Part shown: positions 18,154-26,611 of the stretch, piece after piece | Layout: the number at the start of each line of letters is the position of its first letter | How positions within the stretch are numbered: position 1 is the stretch's first letter | Origin: Myxococcota bacterium | Lineage (GTDB): Bacteria; Myxococcota_A; Polyangia; Nannocystales; Nannocystaceae | DNA: 64,000 nucleotides | NCBI GenBank assembly: GCA_039028615.1 | Contig: JBCCHT010000011.1 | Location: 64,001-128,000 of the forward strand | Direction of reading: 5' to 3' | Position numbers and translations under genes: made by a program | The notes under the pieces: generated by a model | The model's database searches: none | What the model saw: only the letters and a program-made list of their open reading frames with translations | Told to the model about the DNA's origin: nothing

Positions 18154-19296
18154 GTGCTCGCCGCATTGCTCGCAGCTCTGGTCACCGCACCAGCGCCCGC
18201 TCCGACCGAGGCCACCGCCGAAGCGGCGCCCGAGGCCGAGAGCGACACCGCGCGTACGGTCCTGAGCCGCGGCTACCTCCGCGCCACGGGCACGAGCCGC
18301 GACGAACTCGTCGAAGCCTTGGTGCTGCGAGTTCCCCACCTGAAGTTCGAACCTTTTGAAGCGGCCACCGACCCCACGTCGGACGGGCTCGCGGCGTTCG
18401 TCGAGCTTCACCTCGAGAGCGAGCCGTCCGAATCAGAGGCGGTCTTCTTTGGCCTGACCATCGTGATCTCGGACGGCCGCGCGTTCGATCGTCGCATCGA
18501 AGCGCGCCCCGACGACGAAGAGACGTCGCGCCTGCTCGCGAGCACCACCGCCAACCTGCTCATCGCGATCGAAGCGGGGACGGTCGAGCCCGATCGCGGC
18601 GACGTCCCCATTCCCGTGGCTGAGCCGGTCTGCCCCGCGTGCGAGTGCCCGGATCCCGTGCAGTGCCCGGCGCCCGCCCCCGCGTCCGAGCCGGAACCCG
18701 AACCAGAGCCCGCGCCTCCGCCTCGCATCGAGCTGGGCATCGTCGCGTATCCATCGAGTGTGCTCGGCCTCGGCCTCCCGGAACAAGCCGACCGTTTCGC
18801 CGCGGCCACGGGCACCCTCGGCCTGCACGGTCGCCTACGCAACGGCGCATTCTTTGGCGCGGAGCTGCGCACGGGAGGGCGGCGCGAGCTGGCCGGAGGC
18901 GCGCTGCTCCGCCTGCGGGCCGCCGTCGGTGGCGGCTATCACCTCCGCCGCGGCGCTTGGTCGCTCGGTGCCTCTGCGTGGGCCACCGTGGAACCCTGGT
19001 GGTTCCAAGGCGCCGATCTCGATCCCGCCCCCGTCCCCCTGTTCGGGCTCGCCGCCCGGCTCAGGCCCGCGCTGGTGGTGCCACGCGTCGCCGATCGGCC
19101 GCTCACGCTGACCATGGGGCCCGTCTTCGAGTTGGCCGGCAGCGCCATGTTCGACGGACGCCCGGAGGTCGGGCTGATCACCGTCGCGGAAGACGGCGCC
19201 GACCTCAGCAACACTCGCGTCGGCGGCTTCGAGCTCACCATGGGGTTTTCGGCCACGCTGTGGTTCGGCCTGCCCCGCGGCGACGCGCCTCGCTGA
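18154..19296 (+). CDS. Secreted protein with Pro-rich linker and probable C-terminal outer-membrane beta-barrel
   Basis: N-terminal hydrophobic signal, CPACECP/PEPEP linker, Gly/aromatic amphipathic strands. Confidence 0.65.
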   Translation: MLAALLAALVTAPAPAPTEATAEAAPEAESDTARTVLSRGYLRATGTSRDELVEALVLRVPHLKFEPFEAATDPTSDGLAAFVELHLESEPSESEAVFFGLTIVISDGRAFDRRIEARPDDEETSRLLASTTANLLIAIEAGTVEPDRGDVPIPVAEPVCPACECPDPVQCPAPAPASEPEPEPEPAPPPRIELGIVAYPSSVLGLGLPEQADRFAAATGTLGLHGRLRNGAFFGAELRTGGRRELAGGALLRLRAAVGGGYHLRRGAWSLGASAWATVEPWWFQGADLDPAPVPLFGLAARLRPALVVPRVADRPLTLTMGPVFELAGSAMFDGRPEVGLITVAEDGADLSNTRVGGFELTMGFSATLWFGLPRGDAPR

Positions 19297-19299
19297 GCC

Positions 19300-21591
19300 T
19301 CACTGCGCGTCCAGCTCGGCCAACATTTCTCGTACGACGGCGACATCGGGATGCGCGGCTCCCAATGCGCCGACCAAGATCGTCTCCGCTCGCTCGAGCA
19401 GCTGCCTGATGCGTGCCGACTCCGCCTGAGGATCGAGCAGCATGGCCAAGTTGGAGCATGTCGACCCCACGAGGGGATGATCGGGGCCGAGCGCAGCCTC
19501 GAGCTCGTCGATGGTGCTCTCGTAGATCTTCCGGGCGCCCTCGGTGTCCCCGCGAGCGGCCATCACCGTGCCCAGGCCCATCTCCGCGACCATGACGGAA
19601 GGATGACCCGGCCCGAGCAGCTCCAACCGGATGTCGTGGGTCTGCTGCATCCAACGCTGCGCCTCGTCGAGGTCGTCGCGTGCGAAGGCATTGACGGCCA
19701 GCGACTCGGCCAGCTCCGCCCCCGCCATCCCATCCTCGTCGCCGAGTCGCTCGGTGAGCATCAGGGCATGCCGCCCCCAGTCGATCGTCTCGCCGCCTTC
19801 CCGAGACGCCGCCGCGGGCAGCCCCGCCAGCATGCGCGCCGCCTGAGCCGCGACGTCGTCGAGCTTGAGCCCTCCCGCCCGAAAGTACGCCTCGCGAAGC
19901 ATCGTCTCCGCCTCGTCCAAGCGCCCCATCGTGATGAGGTGCTCTCCCGTACGGCACTGGGCAAAGGCGATCCCCGGGCCCCAGCCCAGCGCCTTGGTGT
20001 CGGCCAGCCCCTCCAGCGCCAGCGCGATGCCGGCGTTGTTCTTTCCCGCGATCAGCAACGTATTCGCCCGGCGCAGCTTCTCGCGCGCCTGCTCGATGCC
20101 GGGCTCGATGTCCGCGTCGGGCACGGGCATGCGAGCCAGCCGCTCGTGGTCGCGGCAGTCGGTCACCGAGCCGAGCACGCCGACGTACTCCACGGCATGG
20201 CTCCATAGGGTGCGATTGCCCGCCCCGAGCTGCTCGAGCACATCCCCCATCGAGGCCCGGTTGGCTCGCAGGCACTCTTCCACCCGGTGATGCATCACCG
20301 GGTCGAGCTCCTCGTCGATCTTCGCCGCGAGACAAGCCTCGACCCAGGCTTCGGCCCACTGCGTCGACCAAGCGTCGAGCTCGGGGACGATCCGCACGTG
20401 CGAGGCCTCGGCGAAGGCCAGCCCACTGCCGTTCATCCCTGCCTCCACCGTCTCGGCGATGCCCGGCCACGGCATGCCTTCGTCGGCCTCCGCCTCGCAG
20501 GCAACCACGACGCGATGCTCGTCGATCTCCATGGCCAGGCCCACGATCGACGCGAGCACGACGGGAGAGGCCACCGCCACCGCGATCGAGCGCCGCCGTC
20601 GGCTTCGCTGCCCGTGGCGCAGCGCCTCCAGCAGGGCTCGCATGTCCGGCCAGCGTTCCTCCCGAGCCCCCTTCAGGCCCCGCTCGAGCACGCGGATGAG
20701 CCAGCGGGGCACCCGATGCTCCTTGGGCGGCGGCTCGATGTTGCCCTTCATCGCATTCGTGACGAGCACCACGCCGCGGCTCCCTGCGTAGGGCCGATGC
20801 CCGAACAGCGCTTCCCACAGCGCCACACAAAACGCGAACTGATCCACCCGCTCGTCGAGTTCCTGGGCTCGAAACTGCTCCGGGGGCATATACGCGGGCG
20901 TCCCCACCACCGCTCCCGCTCGCGTGAGGCGATCGCTCGCGGACTTCAGCGCCCCCGAGTCGGCGTGCGCTTCCCGGGCCGCGAGCTCCTCGCCGGACGT
21001 GTTGCGCGTAGCCCCATCGAGCACTGCCAACCCGAAGTCCATGACCACCACACGACCGCCCGTGCCGACCATGACGTTGTCCGGCTTGAAGTCGCGATGG
21101 ATCAGCCCGCGGGTATGGGCCGCCGCGAGCCCGTCACCCGCGGCCAGAAACAGCTCGAGGACCTCCCGCCACTTTCGCTCGGCCAAGGGGCGCCCGCTGA
21201 ACCGACGGCCCAAGGTCTCACCGTCGATGAGCTCCATCGCGATGTAGATCGCGTCGCCGTGCTCTCCCACGTCGAAGACGGTGATGACGTTGGTGTCCGC
21301 GATCTTGGCCATCGCCCGAGCCTCACGGATCATCCGCTCTCGGGCTCTTCGCGACTTGCTGCTCCGACGCGCGTGTACCAGCTTGACCGCCACCTTGCGA
21401 TCCAGCTCGGGGTCGTAGGCCGAGTACACGACCCCCATGCCGCCCTCCCCGAGCTGCGAGAGCAGGATGTAGCGGCCCACGCTCGCTCCCGGGGCGAGCA
21501 CCGACCGCTCGGCGCCCGACCGCTCGGTCACCGCGTACGCGACGGGAGCCGCTTCCGCGAGCGTGTCGCCATCGATGTCCGTGTTGCTCAT
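19300..21591 (-). CDS. Ser/Thr protein kinase with TM and TPR repeats
   Basis: LGEGGMGVVY, VAVK, HRDFKPDN, DFG, GTPAYMPPE; C-terminal LGPDHP TPR repeats. Confidence 0.95.
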   Translation of the reverse strand: MSNTDIDGDTLAEAAPVAYAVTERSGAERSVLAPGASVGRYILLSQLGEGGMGVVYSAYDPELDRKVAVKLVHARRSSKSRRARERMIREARAMAKIADTNVITVFDVGEHGDAIYIAMELIDGETLGRRFSGRPLAERKWREVLELFLAAGDGLAAAHTRGLIHRDFKPDNVMVGTGGRVVVMDFGLAVLDGATRNTSGEELAAREAHADSGALKSASDRLTRAGAVVGTPAYMPPEQFRAQELDERVDQFAFCVALWEALFGHRPYAGSRGVVLVTNAMKGNIEPPPKEHRVPRWLIRVLERGLKGAREERWPDMRALLEALRHGQRSRRRRSIAVAVASPVVLASIVGLAMEIDEHRVVVACEAEADEGMPWPGIAETVEAGMNGSGLAFAEASHVRIVPELDAWSTQWAEAWVEACLAAKIDEELDPVMHHRVEECLRANRASMGDVLEQLGAGNRTLWSHAVEYVGVLGSVTDCRDHERLARMPVPDADIEPGIEQAREKLRRANTLLIAGKNNAGIALALEGLADTKALGWGPGIAFAQCRTGEHLITMGRLDEAETMLREAYFRAGGLKLDDVAAQAARMLAGLPAAASREGGETIDWGRHALMLTERLGDEDGMAGAELAESLAVNAFARDDLDEAQRWMQQTHDIRLELLGPGHPSVMVAEMGLGTVMAARGDTEGARKIYESTIDELEAALGPDHPLVGSTCSNLAMLLDPQAESARIRQLLERAETILVGALGAAHPDVAVVREMLAELDAQ

Positions 21592-21704
21592 CGCGACGAG
21601 GGTTTCCAGGGTACCGCACCCGCGGCCCGAGATCGGCTCACAGAACCGTTGTGGACCCCCTTGACGACGCCGAGCGGCAATCGACGTTCTTGCCCTCGAG
21701 GCGC

Positions 21705-21736
21705 TTGACCCTCCCCTTGGGGGAGGCCTCAAAACT
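21705..21736 (+). promoter_or_regulatory. MerR-type promoter/operator
   Basis: -35 TTGACC (21705-21710), dyad CCTCCCC-TTG-GGGGAGG (21710-21726), 19-20 bp spacer to a weak -10, directly upstream of the MerR gene. Confidence 0.75.
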
Positions 21737-21787
21737 GCATTTCACCGCGACCGAGGCCCCGTGCGACGGTTGCAGGGGAAGCCACCC

Positions 21788-22606
21788 ATGCTGAGCATCG
21801 GAGAGTTTTCGCGAGCCACTGCGCTGACGGTCAAGACCTTGCGCCACTACCACGAGCGCAAGCTGCTCGTGCCCACGGCGGTCGACCCCAGCTCCGGCTA
21901 TCGATACTACGACGAAGCCGCCATCGAACGCGCCCGCGTCATCAAGGCCTTACGCGAGCTCGAGTTCTCGCTCGACGAGATCGCCGAGATCCTGCGGGAG
22001 TGTGACGACGATGCGGACGCGCTCGAGTTCCTCGCTCGGAGGCGCAAGGCAATCGCCGAGCGCCTGGCTCACCTGCGATCGATCGCATCGGCCCTCGACA
22101 CGGTGATTCGAACCGAGACCGAGGCCAAGACCATGCACGACCAAGAGTTTGCAATCGAAGACAAGACCATCGCCCCCGCCCTCGTGGCGGGCATCCGCAC
22201 CCGCGGTCGTTTCGACCAGAGCCGAGACGCCTTCAAGCGCCTGGGTCGTGCCTTCGGCTTCGGCCTGGCCGGCCCCGCGGGCATCCTGATCTACGACGAC
22301 GAATACAAGGATCAGGACGCCGACTTCGAGCCTTACTTTCCCATCAAACGGGCCAAGAAGACCGACCCCGACATTCACGTCCGAGAGCTCTCGGGCGGCC
22401 GCGCCCTGTGCCTCGTGCACCGCGGTCCCTACGACACGATCTCCAAGACCTACGGTCGCTTGCTCTCGGAGATCCGCGCCCAGAAGCTCGCCCCCCTGCT
22501 GCCCTCGCGCGAGGTCTACATCAAGGGGCCCGGAATGCTCTTTGCCGGCAACCCGGCCAAGTACCTCACCGAGGTCCAGATCTTCGTCGGTCCGACCGAC
22601 GCCTGA
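21788..22606 (+). CDS. MerR-family regulator with GyrI-like effector domain (BmrR-like)
   Basis: MLSIGEFSR...VKTLRHY...LLVP..VDPSSGYRYY; C-terminal HRGPYDTI...SREVY. Confidence 0.95.
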   Translation: MLSIGEFSRATALTVKTLRHYHERKLLVPTAVDPSSGYRYYDEAAIERARVIKALRELEFSLDEIAEILRECDDDADALEFLARRRKAIAERLAHLRSIASALDTVIRTETEAKTMHDQEFAIEDKTIAPALVAGIRTRGRFDQSRDAFKRLGRAFGFGLAGPAGILIYDDEYKDQDADFEPYFPIKRAKKTDPDIHVRELSGGRALCLVHRGPYDTISKTYGRLLSEIRAQKLAPLLPSREVYIKGPGMLFAGNPAKYLTEVQIFVGPTDA

Positions 22607-22620
22607 CGCCCGCCCGGCTC

Positions 22621-23622
22621 TCAGGGAGCGGCATGGAAGGCGAGCTCGTCGACGCTGAAGTCGAAGGGCTCGTCCACCACCGTCTGCCAGTTGAACTCCA
22701 TGATGCGGCGGGGGTTGAACTCCGCTTCGATGCCCCACCCCAGCTGCGTCAGCTCTTCCCACGTGAACGTGTACTCGGTCCAGCTGTCGACCAGATCGAT
22801 GAACACCCCGTGGTGGTCGGCGCACTGCCCCATGCTCGGGTCACACGTGCCGCCCGCCTTCAGCTCGGTGGTGGCGCGCGTGGTGATCATGAAGCGGATC
22901 TGCCCCATGCCGCGGGCGTAGAACGTGACCCCGTCGTAGGACGACGCGTCGTAGGGGCAGTTGCCGTCGAAGTCGTTGTTGAGGACCACGGCCATCCCCG
23001 CGCCCCACGAGTCGAAGCCGTCGCCGAAGGTCCGGGCCGAGAACTCCGTGCCCGTCGCCCCCATCTCGGTCGGCTGGAAGCTGCCGGGCGCAGGCGTCTG
23101 CATGCCCATCGGCGACTCGTCGTTGTACGTGAACCAGAAGCCGACGCGACCGTCGACCTCGGGAATCGCTTCGTCGGGAAAGATCTGGCCGAGCTCGAGC
23201 TCGAGATCGTCGATGAGGGGCTCCGCGCCGGCCTCCGGGATCATCGAGTCGCAGTAGGGCGGCAGGTCGGGCCGGGGCTCGCCGGTCGTGCCCGTGTCAT
23301 CGGTGCCGTCGGTGCCGTCCGTATCTTCGGTGTTGCTCGTCGCGCCCGGATCCGTGTCCGTGTCGGTCGCGTCGGTCCGTCCCGACTCTTCGCTTCCGCC
23401 TCCGCCGCCCGAGCCGTCCGAGTCGGTGCTCGCCGCCGAGTCGATGCCCGTGACCAACGAGTCGACGGTGATGCCCGGGCCTGTGCCGCCCGTGGTGCCT
23501 TCGTCGGCCGGCGCCGACCCTCCGGTCGTGGGGAGCTCGGCGCCCTCCGACGGACACCCGCTCGCGACCAACGCGGCACATAAGCCAACCAACACCCGAA
23601 ACGTTGAAGCAGTCGATCCCAT
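22621..23622 (-). CDS. Lipoprotein with Thr/Asp/Gly linker and carbohydrate-binding-like (CBM11/CIA30-type) domain
   Basis: Lipobox ASGC; LIDDLE..GFWFTYND..WGAGM..YDASSYDGVTFYARG..FDFSVDELAF. Confidence 0.8.
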   Translation of the reverse strand: MGSTASTFRVLVGLCAALVASGCPSEGAELPTTGGSAPADEGTTGGTGPGITVDSLVTGIDSAASTDSDGSGGGGGSEESGRTDATDTDTDPGATSNTEDTDGTDGTDDTGTTGEPRPDLPPYCDSMIPEAGAEPLIDDLELELGQIFPDEAIPEVDGRVGFWFTYNDESPMGMQTPAPGSFQPTEMGATGTEFSARTFGDGFDSWGAGMAVVLNNDFDGNCPYDASSYDGVTFYARGMGQIRFMITTRATTELKAGGTCDPSMGQCADHHGVFIDLVDSWTEYTFTWEELTQLGWGIEAEFNPRRIMEFNWQTVVDEPFDFSVDELAFHAAP

Positions 23623-23811
23623 TGCGCCCCCCGATAAATGCTGGCACGAATCCCATCGGATCGGCCCCGCTCCATACTGGGAGGTCACAACGAAGTAATA
23701 CGGATGAAAATTATCAATTGGGGGGCCTGGACCGTTCATGCGCAAGGCGCGGGTACTCTGTTTCAATGCCGACGCGGCGACTCGGCGGCCCCGAGGTAGC
23801 ATTGCCACCGC

Positions 23812-24459
23812 GTGAACGCCCCAAACCCCACCGCGGTCCGAACTTCGGATCTGACGATTCGGCGGGGCGGAATGGTGATCTTGGCGGACGTCTCGCTGGA
23901 GATCGGCGCTGGGGTCTTTGCCCTGCTCGGGGACAACGGCACGGGCAAGTCGACCCTGCTGCGGGCTCTGGCCGGCATCCAGCCCCCGGCCACGGGCACC
24001 GTGCACCTCGATGGCCACGACCTGTGGCACGAGCCGATCGCCGCACGCCGAGCCATGGGCTACCTGCCCGAGAGTCCCGACCTGTTTCCCTATCTCACCG
24101 CGCGGGAGCTACTGCACACCGCCAACGGGGTTCGGGGCCTGCCTCCCGAGACGGGCGAGGCCCAGTTCAGCCGCTGGGTACGCCCCGAGGCGCTCGATCT
24201 GCGCATCGGATCGCTGTCGGCCGGCCAGCGCCGCAAGCTCGCGCTCGTCGCCGCCACCGCCCATGAGCCGCGCATCGTGCTGCTCGACGAGCCCGCCAAT
24301 ACCCTCGACGAGGCCGCCACCGCCGACCTGACGCAGATGCTGGTGGAGTGGCGCGATGCCGGGCGGACCGTGATTGCCGCCACCCATCGGCCCGATGCCC
24401 TCGACGGCATCTGCGATGGCCGATTGCGCGTCGCCGACCACACCGTCGTCCGGTCGTGA
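23812..24459 (+). CDS. ABC transporter ATP-binding protein
   Basis: Walker A GDNGTGKST, signature LSAGQ, Walker B LLDEP, H-loop ATH. Confidence 0.95.
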   Translation: MNAPNPTAVRTSDLTIRRGGMVILADVSLEIGAGVFALLGDNGTGKSTLLRALAGIQPPATGTVHLDGHDLWHEPIAARRAMGYLPESPDLFPYLTARELLHTANGVRGLPPETGEAQFSRWVRPEALDLRIGSLSAGQRRKLALVAATAHEPRIVLLDEPANTLDEAATADLTQMLVEWRDAGRTVIAATHRPDALDGICDGRLRVADHTVVRS

Positions 24460-24617
24460 GCAGCCGGACGAACACCCGACAAAACTCGAGTAACCGCGAC
24501 TACGGTGGTGCGTATGTCAATGCACAGGGTTTAAGCCCGGCTTAAGCCGACGCTGCCCCGTCTCCGCCCTAGGCTCCAAGTGTCCTCGGACATCGCCCAC
24601 GGCCCCAGAGACCCGCC

Positions 24618-24821
24618 ATGCTCAGCTCCCTCGAGATCGCCGCCGCTGCCTTGTTCCTGCTGCTGTCTGCCGCTCTGCTGGCGATGTGGAGCTGGGCCGC
24701 GCCGAGCATGTGGACCGAGCTCGACCTGCGCGTCGCCCTGGGCTGCCTGGCCATGACCTGGCTCGGCGTGGCGTGGGCCCTGCCCCGCGGCGCCGCGGTG
24801 ACCGATCCACAGACTCCCTAG
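24618..24821 (+). CDS. Small two-TM membrane protein
   Basis: 67 aa, two hydrophobic helices, GC3-rich. Confidence 0.6.
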   Translation: MLSSLEIAAAALFLLLSAALLAMWSWAAPSMWTELDLRVALGCLAMTWLGVAWALPRGAAVTDPQTP

Positions 24822-25050
24822 CTCCGTACTCCCAACGACTCCATTTTCTCCCGAGAGGGATGACAACCCCCCCAACCTTCGACCCATCGAAACACCGCGA
24901 CCAGGAATGGTCGCCCCCTCGGTGCCCCTCGTCCTGACCGGCGGCAGGCACCTCCCGAAGACCCGGGACTCGCCCTCGACGGGGCAGACGGCATCACAAC
25001 GAAAAGGAGCCGCGCGCGGGCCGACCACCCGCAGCGCGGCCCGCCCACCG

Positions 25051-25207
25051 GGACCCGGGCGAAGGGCCCGATGCGAGCCTCGCCGAGCCGGGAGTGCGTA
25101 CCCGACTTCATGGCAGTTCTGTGGGGGAATCGTGTGCAACTCGTGGCACGCTCCCCCGGTCTGCGCGGCATCGCATCGAGCCTTTCGCCCGGGTCCAACT
25201 TTTTTTT
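25051..25207 (+). ncRNA. Candidate structured RNA: 146-nt imperfect rod-like hairpin plus T8 tract
   Basis: 25051-25076 is the reverse complement of 25171-25196 at 24/26 positions. Pairing continues inward with bulges to a loop near 25121. T8 lies at 25200-25207. Strand is inferred from the T tract only. Confidence 0.45.
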
Positions 25208-25395
25208 CGGGCCCCGTACGTAGGCATCAGCGTGCACACGACACGGATGTCGCGGCGACCCGGGCCCCATGGCCAGGCCGAGCCCCGATCTAGGTGCGGT
25301 GTGGCGAGCCACCACGACATCATTGTCAGCGCCACGGGCCCTTGGCGCCCGATCCGGCCCTGAATAAGACCCCCCGGTGGCTAGGTCGAACGAGC

Positions 25396-25830
25396 ATGCT
25401 GTCGCTCGCAGCTTCCGACTCCACCGCCCACGGCTCGCGAACCCACTACGTCTACGCGCGGCCCCAGCAGCTCGAGAGCCACCTCGCGCAAACGCGCCGA
25501 GATTCCCGCCACGAGGACATGCTCCTCGGCTGCCTGCTCGCCGGCAAAGTCTACGTCGTCGACTACGAGATCATCCTCGACCACGAAGGCCCCTGCTTCG
25601 AGCTTTGCCCCGATCGCATGAACGGCCAGCCCACCCTCGCCGTGTACACCTCCCGCGATCAGATCCCCGCGCACCGCGATCCCATGGAGGCCGAGGCCAT
25701 GCCCTTCGCCGAGATCCTCCAAGAGCTCGACGCCGAAGCCAGCGTGGTCCTCAATCCCGCCAGCCCCCTCGCCCACCGCATCGGCGCCGACGAGCTCCAC
25801 ATGCTGCGGCGCGTGCTCGCGACGGACTGA
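25396..25830 (+). CDS. SseB-family protein
   Basis: GQPTLAVYTS...MPFAEIL...SVVLNPAS...IGADEL pattern. Confidence 0.7.
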   Translation: MLSLAASDSTAHGSRTHYVYARPQQLESHLAQTRRDSRHEDMLLGCLLAGKVYVVDYEIILDHEGPCFELCPDRMNGQPTLAVYTSRDQIPAHRDPMEAEAMPFAEILQELDAEASVVLNPASPLAHRIGADELHMLRRVLATD

Positions 25831-25860
25831 AGGCGACCACCGCCAGACCGAGGCGCCGCG

Positions 25861-25904
25861 AAACAAGAGGCCCGTGCTGCGATGCAGCGCGGGCCTTTGT
25901 TCGT
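25861..25904. terminator. Palindromic hairpin (terminator/REP-like), copy 1
   Basis: AGGCCCGTGCTGC-GAT-GCAGCGCGGGCCT followed by TTGTT. Confidence 0.7.
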
Positions 25905-26055
25905 CTCGTGAGGCCGCCCTCCCGACGCCCCAGGTCGACGCTTCGAGCGCCGCCACCAGACCGGCTCGGCGCGATACCGCGACGACGTCGGAGCCCTCCG
26001 GCGCGTGACGAGAACGGGCTTGCTGGTGCGATGAGGTTCGTTCTAAGAAAACACC

Positions 26056-26481
26056 ATGGTCAAAACGATGATGTACCGTGTCATCGGATCCATCTTCGTC
26101 GTCGTGCACACGGACGCGGCTCCCGGTGCCGATGAGTGGTCGGAGTACCTCGCGTACTATCGCGAAAACGCCCACGGGAAGGCCACCCTCGTCGTGACGG
26201 ATGGTGGGGGTCCCAACGCGAAGCAACGGGCGATGGTCAACGAGTTTCTCGAGAAGACGGACATGAAGCCGAAGATCGCGATCTGCACCGACCGGCGGGT
26301 CACGCGGGGGATCGTCACGGCCCTCGGATGGTTCAACAAGAACATCCGCGTCTACGCCACGCAGGACTCGGACATCGAGGAAGCGCTGATGTACCTCGGC
26401 GTTGCTGGCTCCGACGGAGCAACCACCGTGAGCGCAGTTCGGGGGCTTCGGCAGGAGCTGGTGGAGCTCGCCGCGAGTTGA
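26056..26481 (+). CDS. STAS/SEC14-like small protein of the myxobacterial type
   Basis: VVVHTDAAP...EW..YL...LVVTDGGGPNAKQR...RGIVTALGWFN. Confidence 0.75.
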   Translation: MVKTMMYRVIGSIFVVVHTDAAPGADEWSEYLAYYRENAHGKATLVVTDGGGPNAKQRAMVNEFLEKTDMKPKIAICTDRRVTRGIVTALGWFNKNIRVYATQDSDIEEALMYLGVAGSDGATTVSAVRGLRQELVELAAS

Positions 26482-26549
26482 CGGCACGGCAGGCTCCGGC
26501 GCCGCCCTTCCAGACCGCGACCAGTGAGGGTGGTCGCAGCGCTCAATCC

Positions 26550-26592
26550 AAACGAAAAGGCCCGTGCTGCAAGCAGCGCGGGCCTTGTTCGT
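26550..26592. terminator. Palindromic hairpin (bidirectional terminator/REP-like), copy 2
   Basis: AAGGCCCGTGCTGC-AA-GCAGCGCGGGCCTT between convergent genes. Confidence 0.75.
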
Positions 26593-26611
26593 GGGTGGAC
26601 GAGCGGCTCGA

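Noticed and set aside
17437..18166. Minus-strand poly-Ser, poly-Val and poly-Arg ORFs
   Set aside because: Shadows of the Asp/Glu-rich lipoprotein, which has a signal peptide and lipobox.
25051..25207. Calling the hairpin 6S RNA, SRP RNA or a retron msr-msd
   Set aside because: No diagnostic motifs recognised, no zapA/ygfA context and no reverse transcriptase in the window. Kept only as an unassigned candidate RNA.
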